Below, piece after piece: positions 14,619-38,387 of a stretch of DNA of 64,000 nucleotides. The position numbers and the translations under genes were made by a program. Location of the stretch: NCBI GenBank assembly GCA_040954595.2, contig CM082593.2, positions 2,205,830-2,269,829 on the forward strand. Direction: 5' to 3'. The DNA is from Balanoglossus misakiensis. Its lineage: Eukaryota; Animalia; Hemichordata. Under the pieces are notes generated by a model. The model saw only the letters and a program-made list of their open reading frames with translations. It was not told where the DNA came from and did no database searches. Each line of letters starts with the position of its first letter. Position 1 is the stretch's first letter.

Positions 14619-14730
14619 CTTGGCCTAGAAACTGCGCAACGGCATATTCTGATTCGACTTGTAGTATCTCCGAGCTTTTATACACGTGGATGAGCTCACA
14701 TTAACATGGCACGCGACGTCCACCAATTAG
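14619..14730 (-). promoter_or_regulatory. Candidate core promoter and short non-coding first exon of the bHLH gene
   Basis: On the minus strand: TATAAAA at 14682-14676 next to a CACGTG E-box (14683-14688), a donor AAG|GTAACC at 14619/14618, and an acceptor tattgtgtttag| at 14199/14198, 27 nt before the ATG. Implies a 420-nt 5' UTR intron. Confidence 0.5.
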
Positions 14731-17700
14731 ATTGCACTTATTAAGTGATTAAGTACGCAAATTCAAGTGTATCCCTCCCACGTATAAACGCGCCGTTACA
14801 GCCCCGCCTATCAAGCTTCCTCGCCGTCAATGGTGGTCAAATAATATCGATGAATTGAGTGAGAGCTGTCAATTGACCTCATTAATATGTAGGTACGCGT
14901 TTTGCAAACGGCAACGCGAGACGTCTGATTCCTATCCACCCGTATGGGCTTCTGTGCCGAATTCGGTCAATTTGTAGAAGATCCAAGTTATTGGTTCATA
15001 CCCAACAGATGGGAACATGGGCTTTATCAAAATGACACGAATCAGAAGACTGTATTATGCAAATAAAATGACAAAGGTAAACTCCCCGGGCCACGTAAAA
15101 ATCTCAACGACCAATAAAGGTCAAAAGTTTACTTCTTTCCCGCTCGCTCGCTAGCCACCACTGCGTTTGTTGAAAAGTTTCGTGTTCTTAGTTGGTGGAA
15201 AGTTCATAAGAAATTAAGCTAAACAATGGAAACTGATTTTACAGCACTTTGTGTTTACCGTGATTTCCACTTCTAAATTCATGCAAATGTTTCAATCGAG
15301 GCCTGTTCGGTCTACAAACAAATGAACCGGTGGCTTTGCTAAGAGGCATTGCGTGCACTCGGTCGTCAAGCGTATACTGTACTACGCACTCTGGTTAATA
15401 TGTCGTCCAAACAACTGACCCGACTTGATAAACAGTAATTGGTCTACAATCATTAAGCTGTTTCTTTTCCAATTGCTCTTTTATTTGCGGTGTTTATTCT
15501 CTGTCAATCTGACGCATTCAACCTAGACTCACTCACTCGGACTGTACGCGGCTCCTGTTTGTAAAAGCCCCGTCAAAAGTCGCTTAACAGAAACTTACTT
15601 CGTGGATCACTCTGTTTAGGTTCTTGGACTGGTGAACTGACGGGACCTCATAGCCGGCACTTTCCCTTTTGCTTGTCTAGAACCAGCCACTGTGCTATAC
15701 TAATATTGGGCTACCGCGGCAGTTCACTCAAAAGCGGCAAAACAAACTCCGCATTGGAGCGAAAGCCGCAGAGCTCATTAATTGTGTATTTTGGAGACCG
15801 TTGCAAAAACTGGTCTTGAATCGCCGATTAGCGGAAGGGCGATTGAGTTCTAAAATTATTTATCCGTTTGTTAAAACTCCGCTACCGTCGTCTGTACTGC
15901 TGACCCTAATATATTATGTGCGGTGTGTATATAAACCTAAACAGCCACCCATCTTGTCTTGGGTGCCGTTCATACTCAACCCTCTTACAATGTAACGCCA
16001 TCTGTCTGTCGCGTTCTGAAACCGTCTCGCCTGGCTGCGTGTATTCTAATGTGGCCGGTGACGTCTTTTGCACGGCACGTAGTTCCCAGCGAGTACGTAG
16101 TCCGCTCCTTCTGAACGCAACTGTGCACGCCATGCAACGCAAAGCGCCGTTTATTGAGTCTCCTGTGTGCGATCTTGCACCGTGTTCGCTGAGATAACCA
16201 CGTGTTGTTTGTTGGGAGTTTTGCTTTTGTGTCAAAGCGAGCGCTTCTCGATTGGCGACCAGCGCTGCTGACTCGAGAGTTGGTCAGCGGTGACCGAAAT
16301 GAAGAGGGCTCGAATGGTAGACGCTAGCACGCGTGCAATACAGACTGGTTAGAAACCAACTCACAGATTTTCCTCTCTTGTGTGTCTTTGTCAAGCTATT
16401 GTGTGCATCGGTGCCCAATCCGCCGTAGTTTTTTTATTGCGAAAGTGAAGGTCACGTTGACACACTTGTGCACACATACACAAGTGACCAACGCGTCTGC
16501 CTTTGTTCCGATTGTCCGGCAAAGTGACCACAATGCTGATGCATCACCTCCCGAAACAATGGCAGATATTTTGGCTTGGTCACTCGCGAAGGGGGCGCTA
16601 ATGCGTGAAATTGGCACCTGAAAGGGAAAAGGCGGCCCCCTCGGCCCAGCCTACCCTTTACCATCAGATCCAAGTCCCTCTCTTTTGGTGTACTTTGCAA
16701 ATATTGGCCTGACTCGCACAGAAAACATTCCATATACTGTAATGTGTCTATATTCGCTTCGCAAAGCTAACGGATAACGATTATTCTCTCTACTGCGATT
16801 ACAGTCCCCCTCTCCTTGATTCTTAAAACTGACTATTCCCGGGAAAATTTTCCACAACAAAAAAGAAAACTTGGAATGACGCGTCTGGAAAATGCCAATA
16901 ATCACGACTGCAACTTTGTTGTGTCGTTGACAATTGCACTTTACAATTGATGATGACTTTTGTACGAAAATCAAGAATCGTCAGTTACTAAATAAGATTC
17001 AAAATAATTTTACATCATATTCTCTCGCTTGGTATCATTTGATTGGGCGAGTTTCGTCCACTGGACACTTTGACATGTTTTGCTAGGTTGAAGAATTACC
17101 CGTTGAAGCAGTGTGAAGAAACATCTGTCCAAAACCGACTAGACCGATCTACTTTTCAATTGCGTCTCTATCGACAACATGAAAGTGAACGTTTTTCCAA
17201 GGCGACAGCCAACTATGGCGTGTCTTGAGCGGGCTAGCGGTCGTATTGTACTTTTGATGCCAGTCCGACTTGCTTTCGGACTCGCGTTTACTGCGTCAAC
17301 CTCTTGATGCTTCGCGTGCCAATTGAACGGTTTTTGTCGACATGGATTTTCTGAAAAGGCCTCGATGCGCGGACTGTGCCACTGCTAGTTGTATTGTTGT
17401 GTGATATGTTTAGCCGAAAAGCGTGAGAATAAGACTTCTCCACTCACTTTTCAAAGTCCGCCCCGACGCGCGACACAACACGTGTCAATTGTGCCTCAAC
17501 AGATTCCTACGCGTTGTTGCCAAGCCCAATCAGGTGTCAGCCTTCGCATACTGTTAGACGCAAGCGCAAAGAAGCTTGAATGGGCGACCACTTCCCCCCT
17601 CCAGGTACGAGTCGAGACATCGACCATTCTGGGGGCGATGACATCACAGTTTTCACCCTCTGGCGACTTATGCTAGATTCTACATTTTACGACAAGCGTG

Positions 17701-20642
17701 CCGTGGCGAGGTATGGGAAAACGGCGGTTACGGGCCTTATTAAGACTGCCGGCACCGTCGAACAATGCCTACACGCGCTCTGGCCTTGGGAAACTGACTT
17801 TCCGTATTGTCAATGTGTACTATACGATCCTAGAAATCAGCTAAAGTTGTCTGGTCACATCGGAAAGTGTTGGCAGCATCTGTCTCAGGAAACCTAACCG
17901 GGTGAAATTTCTTCAGTCCGTATAAGCTTACCCAGACGCTGTCATAAACCACTATTATTGTTTCATTTGATGCGAGAGGAATTTCTACATTTCAAAAATT
18001 ACAATCAGGATTCTTTACTCTAAAATCCGTGCTTGCGATAAACAATACTGATATATTGTTTTAAATCTGAACCAGGCAGAAATTTGGCTTGCATAGGTCA
18101 CACAAATTAAACAGTCGATTGCCTGAAATATCGTTCCAGGAACCTGGGTTCAACGCTCTTTTCGCGCTACAAAGCACCGTTATCCTATAAGTGCGTAGAC
18201 CCTTGACATTCAATGGACTTTAGACGGGTTATCGGAAGTGCCATATCTAAATTACGGGTGTGTAAGTTCCGGCATATCCACGACCTTTTCTCATCGGAGA
18301 GTGAACCGTTCTACCAATATTGGTAGTCATCTTTTTTCCATGCGTTGTCATTGTCCTTGTAAAGTCTGAGGTGTTCCCATAAAGTTTGAAGTAAACGAAA
18401 TCAGTCCCCACGCCCGCGCACGAATAATTGTTTTTAAAGTCAGCAGACGGGTGGGGAGGGCCCTGGGGCAGTGAATAGGGACGGGGGAGAAAGACAGGGT
18501 ATGGTGAGGCTGGCGACATAACGGAGTTGTAAAAACGGAAGAGGGGAAACCAGACCACCATGGTTACCACACGCAAGGCGTCATGGGAGTAAGACCAAGA
18601 GAAATCTGTGTCCACACATCATTAGTGAACAAAACGCATCTGATCAGACTTTCACTCAAAATTAGGTTTATGACGGTTAAAACACTTATGACCACACATT
18701 TAGAATGTATTTTTAATGCTTCACAAATATTTGTTCGAGCATCGTATTGCAGCAAAGAACTCGCCCACGCTTGTTTTTAAACCGAACGTAAAATTACAAG
18801 AATCTTGCATCTATTCACGTATTGTGAGCAAGTTTTTGCTTCGTCATGTGTACCATTGGAAATGACCCGAAACTACTCAAGGTGTTCTCAAACACGTGCA
18901 ATTTGGTCGTCAGGTGTGTTTGATCTTGAAATGTGAAAAAGTTCAAATGGCGCGCCTTCTTGGTGATGAGAGGCTACCGTAATGAGCGTCCCCGTCAAAA
19001 TATTAGCCCACGCGCGACAAGGAATCAAATGCGTCGACGTTTCCACCTGCCCACCCAGTCAACATCAAATTTCTAAGCAATGGAACAAACCCCACGCATC
19101 CAAATCAATCTTGATGTCTAACATTTCACGCTACCTTTCAGAGTAAGGTGAAACTGCTCCGCCACTTTCAAAGCTGTGTTATGTGCTTTGATTTTAGTGA
19201 CCTACTGTACGAGGAACCCCGATTCGTGGTCCCCACCTTGAGTGAGCTACGGAAAGCGCCACCAGGCGGCCTAACGTGGCTACACACCGACAACGCTGTG
19301 CCACAAACTCACTACTTCACGGGGTAGTTGCGACTGAGAGATATCGCAGATCTGTTCGGCCATTATTAACAGCTTGCTATTTACTACAAATTAAAATTAT
19401 TTCCTCAATGCTGAAGTCAGACATAGCGGAGTAACAATAGCGAATGTGACATTATGATGTCGTAGATGAGGATGTAAAATGTGAGGGGTTGTAAAAGTCG
19501 GCCATGATTTTGGCATTCCATTGACAAATCTGTAGGCCCAGAGCGACTGTCATAGATTTGAAAGACGTCGGGGCCTTGCTTGCAGTTAGCTATTTGCACC
19601 GACTTATGACCTTTCCCGGTGTGTTCAGTAGATGTGTTTGTTTTTCCACGACCTGACCTCGGAGTGTAAAAGTAGCTGTACTCGACTCGTTAAGGATTTT
19701 GCTTGGTGTGGTCTTTGGTAACCCATGGATACTGGCGATTGGTCAAGTGGCGTCACACGCGATCTCGAGAGAAATAGATGTGAATGGTTTGTCACGGTAC
19801 ATCAGGGACCTTTTTTAGTTATGGTCTGGGTGTTGTAAGGTACATCAATTACAGATAATTGTAAAAGTACAATCAATGACATTCAAATGAAGCGATTTGC
19901 AGGTCCTCGCCGCCCTTGTACTCTGAGCACCATTTGGTGTGCCTGTATTGTCCAAACTGTCGAGCCGCAAGTGCTCATGGTTTATTCCATTTGGGCAGAC
20001 GTTGCTTACTGGTATATCCAGTCTCATACGCAAGCCCACGTCAGGGTTAAATCCCATCGTTGTCATTCTAACAAAGACAAGTGACAGACATAATCTCGAG
20101 CGAGATCGCAGCTGATTGATAAACTACTTAACTTTGAAATTCATGGGCTCGCGACCTCACTCAAGAGACACTTTAAATTTCGACCCCATACTTCATCGCA
20201 CTATGTTGTTTTAACTTTTCCATTGTTAAGTAGACTAAGGACAATGCAGTTCTGTTTGCTATTCCCATCGCTGTATACAAATGCTCATCTGCAAGTATCC
20301 ACGGAAACGCAGAATGATCGTAAATTTTGATTTACGGAGATGAATGCCGCCCGGCTTTAAAAGACTGACTTGCATATTGAGTGCAAAGCCAATAGTTGTG
20401 CTCACGGCAATCAGATAAGGACTTATTTATCACGCAAGTCGTTTAAACTCGTGTCATCCTATTATATCTTCGCAATGAATATCGATCAATCAGTCAATCA
20501 ATCAAACATTGAATTATCATCATTACAAGTAAAAGAGACTCCAATTTTTCCGGCGTAATGTCTGGGATGTATGAGTGATAAAATGGAGGTTTTATTGAGT
20601 GAGCATTTAAACTCAGAATGGCCTTGGTGTCACTGACAATTA

Positions 20643-20654
20643 CAGAGAGAGGGA

Positions 20655-20699
<45 letters not shown>

Positions 20700-20764
20700 G
20701 AAGAGAGAGCGAGAGAGAGAGACAGACAGACAGAGACAGGGCTCGGAGAGAGGCGAGCGAGAGA
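20643..20764. repeat. (GA)n dinucleotide microsatellite with (GACA)n tail
   Basis: Directly visible; produces the spurious RERERE ORF 20618-20818. Confidence 0.95.
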
Positions 20765-21163
20765 TATCAACGGATTGGACGCATCATAAATCAAAACACC
20801 CGCCAGATAGAGGCATGAAAGTTACCCCTAAAGCAAAATTTTCTAAATACGAGGAAAATAGTGTCGAAATCGTCGGGCAGAACGAGAGAATGCTTCTCGC
20901 ACGTGTTGGGATTAATGGAAACGCGAGAGTGTAATTGTTGCCGTTCTCGCCTTCATTTCAGTTTAATTAAATGTATACTAGCACGATAGGACACAACGAT
21001 GAATAAAACGGATCATTTTACTCTTCTAGTTAATCAGCTCATTGAACTGTGTGATGATAATTTCATTTCACAGAAACCCTCCTCTCTCCAATTCATTTTT
21101 ACGGAGACTCTCAATTTTTATTTTTAAGAGAGGGTAATCAAAAGTTGCTTTGAGAAAAATATG

Positions 21164-21225
21164 AGGAATAAAATTATGACTTGGATTTCAGGCCCGTACT
21201 AGTCGAGGATTGTGATTTTATTCCT
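21164..21225. repeat. Short imperfect inverted repeat, probable decayed hairpin/MITE fragment
   Basis: AGGAATAAAAT (21164-21174) pairs perfectly with ATTTTATTCCT (21215-21225), with weaker pairing inside. Confidence 0.55.
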
Positions 21226-21903
21226 TCTACCAAGGTCAGACTAATTTACACCCTAAGTTTGTCACTCGTGTTATTATCATCCAAGGTCGCCGAGTAATTA
21301 ATACCAAGAATTGACAACAAACACACATAAAATCCATAATTGGGATTTAAAAATTTGGAAATGCATGGCGTTTTATGGGACCTATAATGCGCTTGGACAC
21401 AAAATGTTATTTTTATACGAGACATTAGTGAAAGCTTAAAAATATCAAATCAACCTAAATTTCGAGGCGCATTCTACATTAAATTAATCATGTTGAACTG
21501 TCCAAGTGACATTGTTCATCTTCCGACGCGCACACTTTAATATTTCGACTACGCGCGCGTTTATCGCGGATAAAGTATAACTGCTAACTTTGCACAAATG
21601 ATCACATATTACTACCGTGTCTACAACAATGAAGACCTAAAAGTGTGGTCTTTTCAATCAAAGTTCAATAGACGAACAGAGAGGAGACTTTAATTAGTCG
21701 TAAAAAGCCGGCTGCACACGCGCAGACAATTTATTGTTCCAAGCGTACAATTGTCAGTTTCAATTTAACGCAGGGTCGCCGTACGATGCCAATCAAACCC
21801 GAGGAACATAAAAAATTGCAATCAGACCCATATGTAGTTGCAATTATTGTGAGCAGAGCTTTGCAAGGTGTTTGCGGTATGGTTTATTATCTAGAACGAG
21901 ATG

Positions 21904-22142
21904 AGAACCACGATTTTTCGGTATTAAAGAACCACGGTTATGCATGAAACTGCCTATCTAAGAACCTTGATGATATGAGAGAGCTATAGAGCGGTAATTG
22001 TTAATTTTTAATGAGAAATTATCATAGCATCGACTAAAAGTAAGACTTTGTAAGCTAGAACCTTGAAAATGTTTGACTTTGTAGCCTGTATAACGTAAGA
22101 ACCACGATTTTTCGGTAAGAACCACGGCTATGCATGAAACTG
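21904..22142. repeat. Local direct duplication of an ~47-bp block
   Basis: agaaccacgatttttcggta..agaaccacgg(t/c)tatgcatgaaactg at 21904-21952 and 22098-22142. Confidence 0.85.
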
Positions 22143-25100
22143 TGTAGTATGATTTGAAACACCTTTGAAATATCACAGCTTTCTACGCGAGCAATTCATG
22201 TAGTTCCTGCGAGAAACAGTGTACCAGGATGTTTGATTGTTTAATTGTCTGTTTACTTTGGTCTTGAGTTTCGATTGAGCTCTGTCCGACACGGAAACAT
22301 CATAATACGAAGTTTTCGTCACACGTTCAACAACACTGAAGCGCCTTACATGGATCGCCAGTCGTTTACACTAGTTGTTTGTGGTATCTGCGTGGCACGC
22401 CAGGGCTGAGTTTTGTGTGTGAAAACCATCGTCAATGACGCATCTTGTTTTCCATTCGCTAAGAATAGCAAAAAGTGGGATTAACATCCAGTGTGGGGTT
22501 AGTCGCAAGCAATTCAGTCGCGTGTCTGCCACCATTCGTTGCTAGTCACTAGTGTCAATTACCCATTGACTCAAAAAATCCCCACCGCTTTTTACTCGCC
22601 GTTCCAAAGACAGATCACCCTCCCTCAGTTATGCAGGTGCCTGGCAGAGCTTTTGCATCAAAACGCTGCACAACCACGCCGTCCAACGAAAGGCCATCTG
22701 GTGCAAGATACACGGCACGTCAACACCATCAATACATCTGTCTCTCCTGGTCGACAGGTGATGTTTTAGACAGCACCTGGCTGTTTGGTACCTGCTAATT
22801 TCCCCTGTGTGTGGGTGGACGGTGCATGATAAATGGCAGCTCTACTGAGCTCACCAAGTGTTGACACAACTCTCATCGTACCAAGAGTGTCGTACATGCA
22901 GAATGAAAACCAGGCTGCAGATTAAAAACGCATTTCGCATTTACGAACGTACTGGTCATAAAAGACTCTATTTTTCCCAAAATTTAATCTGACCTCTAAA
23001 CAAGCCAGTATCAGACCACAGTGTGTGTCTTGGCCATGGGTAGCCAAGACCCCTTTAAGTCATATTCATTCATCACACAACGTATAACATTCAGATACGC
23101 GGGTATCTGTGATATAACTGATTGATGGGGTGAAAACGGTTGACTTCCCAACACGTCTGCCATTATTGGCCGGGCGGGACTTTTGGAATTTTTGACCATT
23201 TGGGTGTAGTCCTGACCTGCGGGTCCACAAAAACCTACAGATAATCTAATAAATCACCCGACAGCCCTTTTGCCAAAGTCAGGAAAGATAAAAAACAGAT
23301 AGTGTGTGCGACGAGCATCCTTCATCATCCATAGCGATGAAACGTACATCGGAAAACAAAAGGATGCGATCAGCAGTGTTGCCATGCTGGATTATGGTTG
23401 CTAGAGACGCTTAAGGACTCCGGGGGTCACCACTGTGTATGGATTTTGCATCGCTATGATTTATTAACTAGAATCATGTGCAAGTCTTCATTGTAAATCA
23501 TCAAAAGTACATAACCAACCAACCAGTGTTCACCCCTTCTAACAAAAGTCGCCTCGATAGAAAATTCTCCTAGCGCATCTGTGTTTAACATCATATTGGT
23601 CGTTACCTTGGTGTTTGAGATAAGAAATCCCTTCGCGTCTCATTACCACATATCGGTAAAATAGTCACCAATTGACCTCAGTTCAAGTAACATATTGTAG
23701 CATACGTCACGTTCATGTATTTATCCATGGTCTCTCCATAGAGACCATGATTTATCTTTAATGGTCACACAGTCTTTCTGTGTGCAGAGACCGTGATGAT
23801 GGACAGAAGGATTTTCACGTCCAGGATGTTGTCTGCATTTGTTGGAATTTTTCTAGGCAGGTTGATACCGCTGTACTACAAAGACCAGGCAACCACGGGG
23901 GTACCAGCTGGTGTACATTTGTACTCTCCACTTTTGTTTTGTGATTATAAATTTATGGTGTGCTCGACTCAATCAACAAAAAAATTATATATAATAATAA
24001 TATCAGCTGTATAGGTAAGCTCTGTGTTTACCCTCACTCTGTTTTGTTGGTCTCAGTCTGTTGCTGCAGCAGAGACGCGACAACGTCATTCGTAAAGGCC
24101 TAGTAACAAAGGTAAGCACGGAGCCAACAGTTGATTTTAAAGGGGCAAAGCACGGTTGACCTTTTGTTTTCCCAATGTTTCCCAATCAACAGCTCGGTAC
24201 ACAGACAACTACAAAGATTTATTATTTATATGTATAGAAATGCCCACTTCAACCAATATTGGCCAAAGTGGCCCTGTAGAAGCCTGTTTTAGGGGACATA
24301 AGATAAAAAGCAATCCAGATATTATAGGGCAGCTTTTGATTTATGCTTCCTCAACACAATTTAATCAGAGGCGATTTACAAGATTTACAATCATATTGTT
24401 TGTGCTTGGCTTGAATCGAGTTCACCTTGGTGTGTCAATATTTTCTCCGTTAACCATGGCAGTGAAGTGAAGTGAAATTCTGTAGTTACCAGTGTTCGTT
24501 GGGCCAATACAAGTGTTTGTCTTTCTACTTGAGAGAGAACTTAACTGACTGCGTATTTACATGGCTAAACATGACAAGCTGAATAGCGCAGTGTTTTCTT
24601 TCATTATTTCGTAGTGGAACATAGCAGGCAGATGGGAATCTTCAGCAGTTCGGTTGAAGAATTCTTTGCGTTTCTAAGTACTCTTCGAAGTGGTGCACTC
24701 CATCAGGCAGTCTGTCTTCCTCACTCTTGACAAGTCTTTGTGCATATGCTCTCTATTTTGCACCGTGAGAACTATTTGGGACCAATGGCCTCACTTGCTA
24801 GCCAGCTGTTTAAGGCGGCATTGCGGGCGATGAGACCGTGAGATCGGACCGAGCTCGCTTGCGTCGCTCACCCAAACTTCGGCTAAATGACACGTCTGCG
24901 ATCTGTAGACAAATAAAAGACACGGGTAAAATTATTCAAGAAAATAAAAAGAAGTGTGTGTTCTATTTTCTGCACACAGGCGGTACAACGTTGCCATCCT
25001 ATGGCACTGGTTTCGAAGCCTGTTGTTGCTAGTTCTATCATCCAGGTCACGAGAGTCGCAAAACAAACTATACTTAGCTCAGCGATGAATGATGCATTGT

Positions 25101-25509
25101 ACGATGCAGTGTAAAGTAACATTGGGTTAAATAAGAAACCATCTAATTCCCACCATAAAATTCAGTGTAGACATTACAGAAATCTTTTTATCGACTAATT
25201 CATAAACCTGTCGACAGACGTTCGACAGAAATGTGGATTCAATTGAATGCACGGATGTTGAGCACTGAGCCTGGATTTCCAAGAAATCAATCACGGTCAG
25301 GCGTGGCACCCCTTAAAACAAGAGCTTCCTAGAATCATTGAATAAAAAAATAAACTGTAAATCGAGAATTTTTGCAGTTATTCCGGTTAAAACATCAGGT
25401 AACTATGGCGAATATGGATTATAACCCGTGTTTTATGCTGGGGTCTGACCTGAAGGGAGGTCATGAAAACATGTTGTAGACAAAATATGATGCCGTCGCG
25501 TTTAATTAG

Positions 25510-26290
25510 GAACACCACGTGACGGATTTGTACTTGCTGGTATGTCACGTGGCGAGGTAGGTTCCAGAATTCCCAGAAGAAGGGGAGGTGGGCGTTGTCA
25601 CGTGACCTGACACGCTGACCAGATTTTCAACTTGGTCTTTGCGTGCTTCTGTCCAACAACAGGCACGTGGTTTCCGAATGAAAAGCGCTCCAAACGCAAA
25701 TATCGTACTTTGCTATACATCATTGCAATGATATGGTCACACGTTTATGCACACTCGTGGATCATAACTGTAGAGGGCGTCATTAGGGCAGGCAACGGAT
25801 CATGGGGGGGGGTTCACACATGTCGTCGATAGGTGGCAGTAAACTACATTTTTTAACATTCATGACGATTTTCTGCATACATGTATATTGACTGCATTTT
25901 CTGTTGATTGTTTTATATGTGAACATTGGCTATGTGTATTGTAAATGGATGGAAGAACGGAGAGTGAAAGTGAGTGATAGACCAGTTCATGCAAATGAAA
26001 ATGGCGTTTAGTGACGTCATTCCCAGGAGGTACGTTGCGGACGTGTAGGCTACCACGTGTGGTTCGTGAATCGTGAAAGGTCTGTCTCAGTCTCCCCGTC
26101 CCGAGACAGACATGACATACTGTACAGAAAGTTTGGGTGCACCTGGTTTAAGACTCATATTCCCACGCAATTCACCAATCAGATGTGGCCTTGCGAGATA
26201 CTAGTATAAGCCGATCAACAGATGGTCTGAGTTTTGATATTCAAAGTGTATCACAACTCTCACCCGCTGATTGGTTCTAAGGATATTGAT
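25510..26290. promoter_or_regulatory. Motif-dense candidate enhancer or distal promoter upstream of PTEN
   Basis: CACGTG at 25516, 25546, 25599 (within GTCACGTGAC), 25664 and 26054; TTCCCAGAA at 25570; ATGCAAAT at 25989; AAAATGGCG at 25998; TGACGTCA at 26012; CCAAT boxes near 26175 and 26270. Confidence 0.5.
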
Positions 26291-27509
26291 TCTTACGCTG
26301 GGCGAATTGGTGTTTGCATTTTTTTCTCGGTCGGGAAATTTCTCTATGTGTGCTCTAGCGACAACTGGTTTATTTTCTCAGACCAGATGTTGTGTAAAAG
26401 AGGGTATTATTCGAATTTGTAGACCCTGGCGTCAAGAGGGAGACGGTAAACAATACGGTACCTCATCGTCGTCACGTAGTCGACATCTCTCAGCCCACAC
26501 GTCTCAAAACTGAGGTCTATTTCCAAGTATGACATCAGTCTTTTCACTCGCAGTCGAGCCTTCAGTGGTTCCAGACCCTTCCTCTCAGTTGTTAGGCCTA
26601 TTTCCACCAACCCAGACTGGACCAAGCTCTGTGCACGGACGTATAAACAGCTCTACATCGTGCCTACTCATCTCAGAAAACCTATGACAGCGATTCTCTC
26701 GAGCCCCTACCCTTACGTATAAATATTTTCGTCAGTATTACCGCATCGTCGAGTCCTGATCCCAGACTCAGCCAAGATAGGGAACATGCCCGGACGTGGA
26801 TTTCGACAGGTAGGTGAAGTCAACTCGACAGTCCTTACTATTTTTGTTTTAACGAGAACAAGTCAGATATAAGTGATTGTGATCGTTGAAATGGATTATA
26901 AAGTCTATAGTATTGAACCGCTCTGGACTCTAAAGATTATTCCGGGTGGCACTCGCAAGCAGGAAGCGACAATTTCCTTAAATATAATACAATAGTACAA
27001 GAATTCGGATACATGCATTGTTCAAACATATCAATGTAAAATACAAAAAAATCCAAGAAAACAAATATGCGAGCCACGCCCATTAAAATGCAAGTTTGAT
27101 TTCGCGTCATGCACATGTGTATACAACCACTGAGCTAAAACTTGGCGACTTTGTGTAAAACACGGTATTTATGTAATAGGGTAGGGTACTCTCAGTGTGC
27201 GCTCTCAGGTTCGACCAGAAACATGAGAAAAGTCCCGCCGAGAGACTTATTTCAACTTCAGTTCAATATGTCACTGAAAAAAAGTTAAAATATTTTTTCG
27301 GCATTTGAGCCCAGCAGAATGGTTCTACAACTGATCCTTTGTTTTTATCTTCAACGACCCTGTGAAGTTTTCTGGGGACTTGTTTTGATAGGCATAGTTC
27401 GACGTATAAACTTCAATTTATGGTCATCATTTACGATATATTCCGAAAAGGTGGGGACACCAAAAATTGACATCATCGCCGGCATTGGAAATTGAACTAC
27501 TGTGCGTTT

Positions 27510-28086
27510 CATATGCAAATCAGGGAGTTCCCGGGATGCTCACTTCAAATCACGTGATCTGCTACACTTTAAATTAAAGATCCTTCCGCTATCGGGTGAA
27601 TAAAAGCAGAAATATCTTTGCAGCTATCGTAAAATTGATTGCATCGCGATTTCAACAAAAACGACATTATTTAAACAGTATTTTGCTCGCGTGCGTGTAC
27701 GTGCATAGATATTTTATATTTGTCATAATGCGTTGGAACTTTTGGAACTATATCGCGGATGAATATTATTGGGGGTCAAAGAGCGGCTCTGGGAAGACGC
27801 CATTATGGTCTCTTTACAGCTCTAAGAAGAGAAGGTAAGATTTTCGCGAAATAACGGTATGTAAACTGGTACAGACAACCGCGATCACCAGTCAGTCTCT
27901 TCGCGGATATAAGCGCGGACATCTGTGCGGCCATCAACACACCCCAAAGTTGTATCGTCGAGGGAGAACGCCGGGTAAACCAAGCATTTCCGCCTTGCTA
28001 TTTCTGTGGTTCATGTATAACACATTGTATGCACTATAGCTATCTTACCCCAACACCAGGCGATACCCGTACTGCAGCTAGGCCAA
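27510..28086 (+). promoter_or_regulatory. PTEN proximal promoter / 5' UTR region
   Basis: CpG-retaining stretch directly upstream of the PTEN ATG with ATGCAAAT (27513), GGGAGTTCCC (27523), ATCACGTGAT (27549) and a possible UTR donor AAG|GTAAGA near 27835. TSS not determinable. Confidence 0.45.

Positions 28087-38387
<10,301 letters not shown>

Noticed and set aside
18247-18615. 122-aa minus-strand ORF
   Set aside because: No domain, no convincing splice context; length compatible with chance.
28018-28086. N-terminally extended PTEN-Long from an upstream CUG
   Set aside because: An in-frame TAA at 28018-28020 leaves only 22 open codons before the ATG in unspliced sequence.
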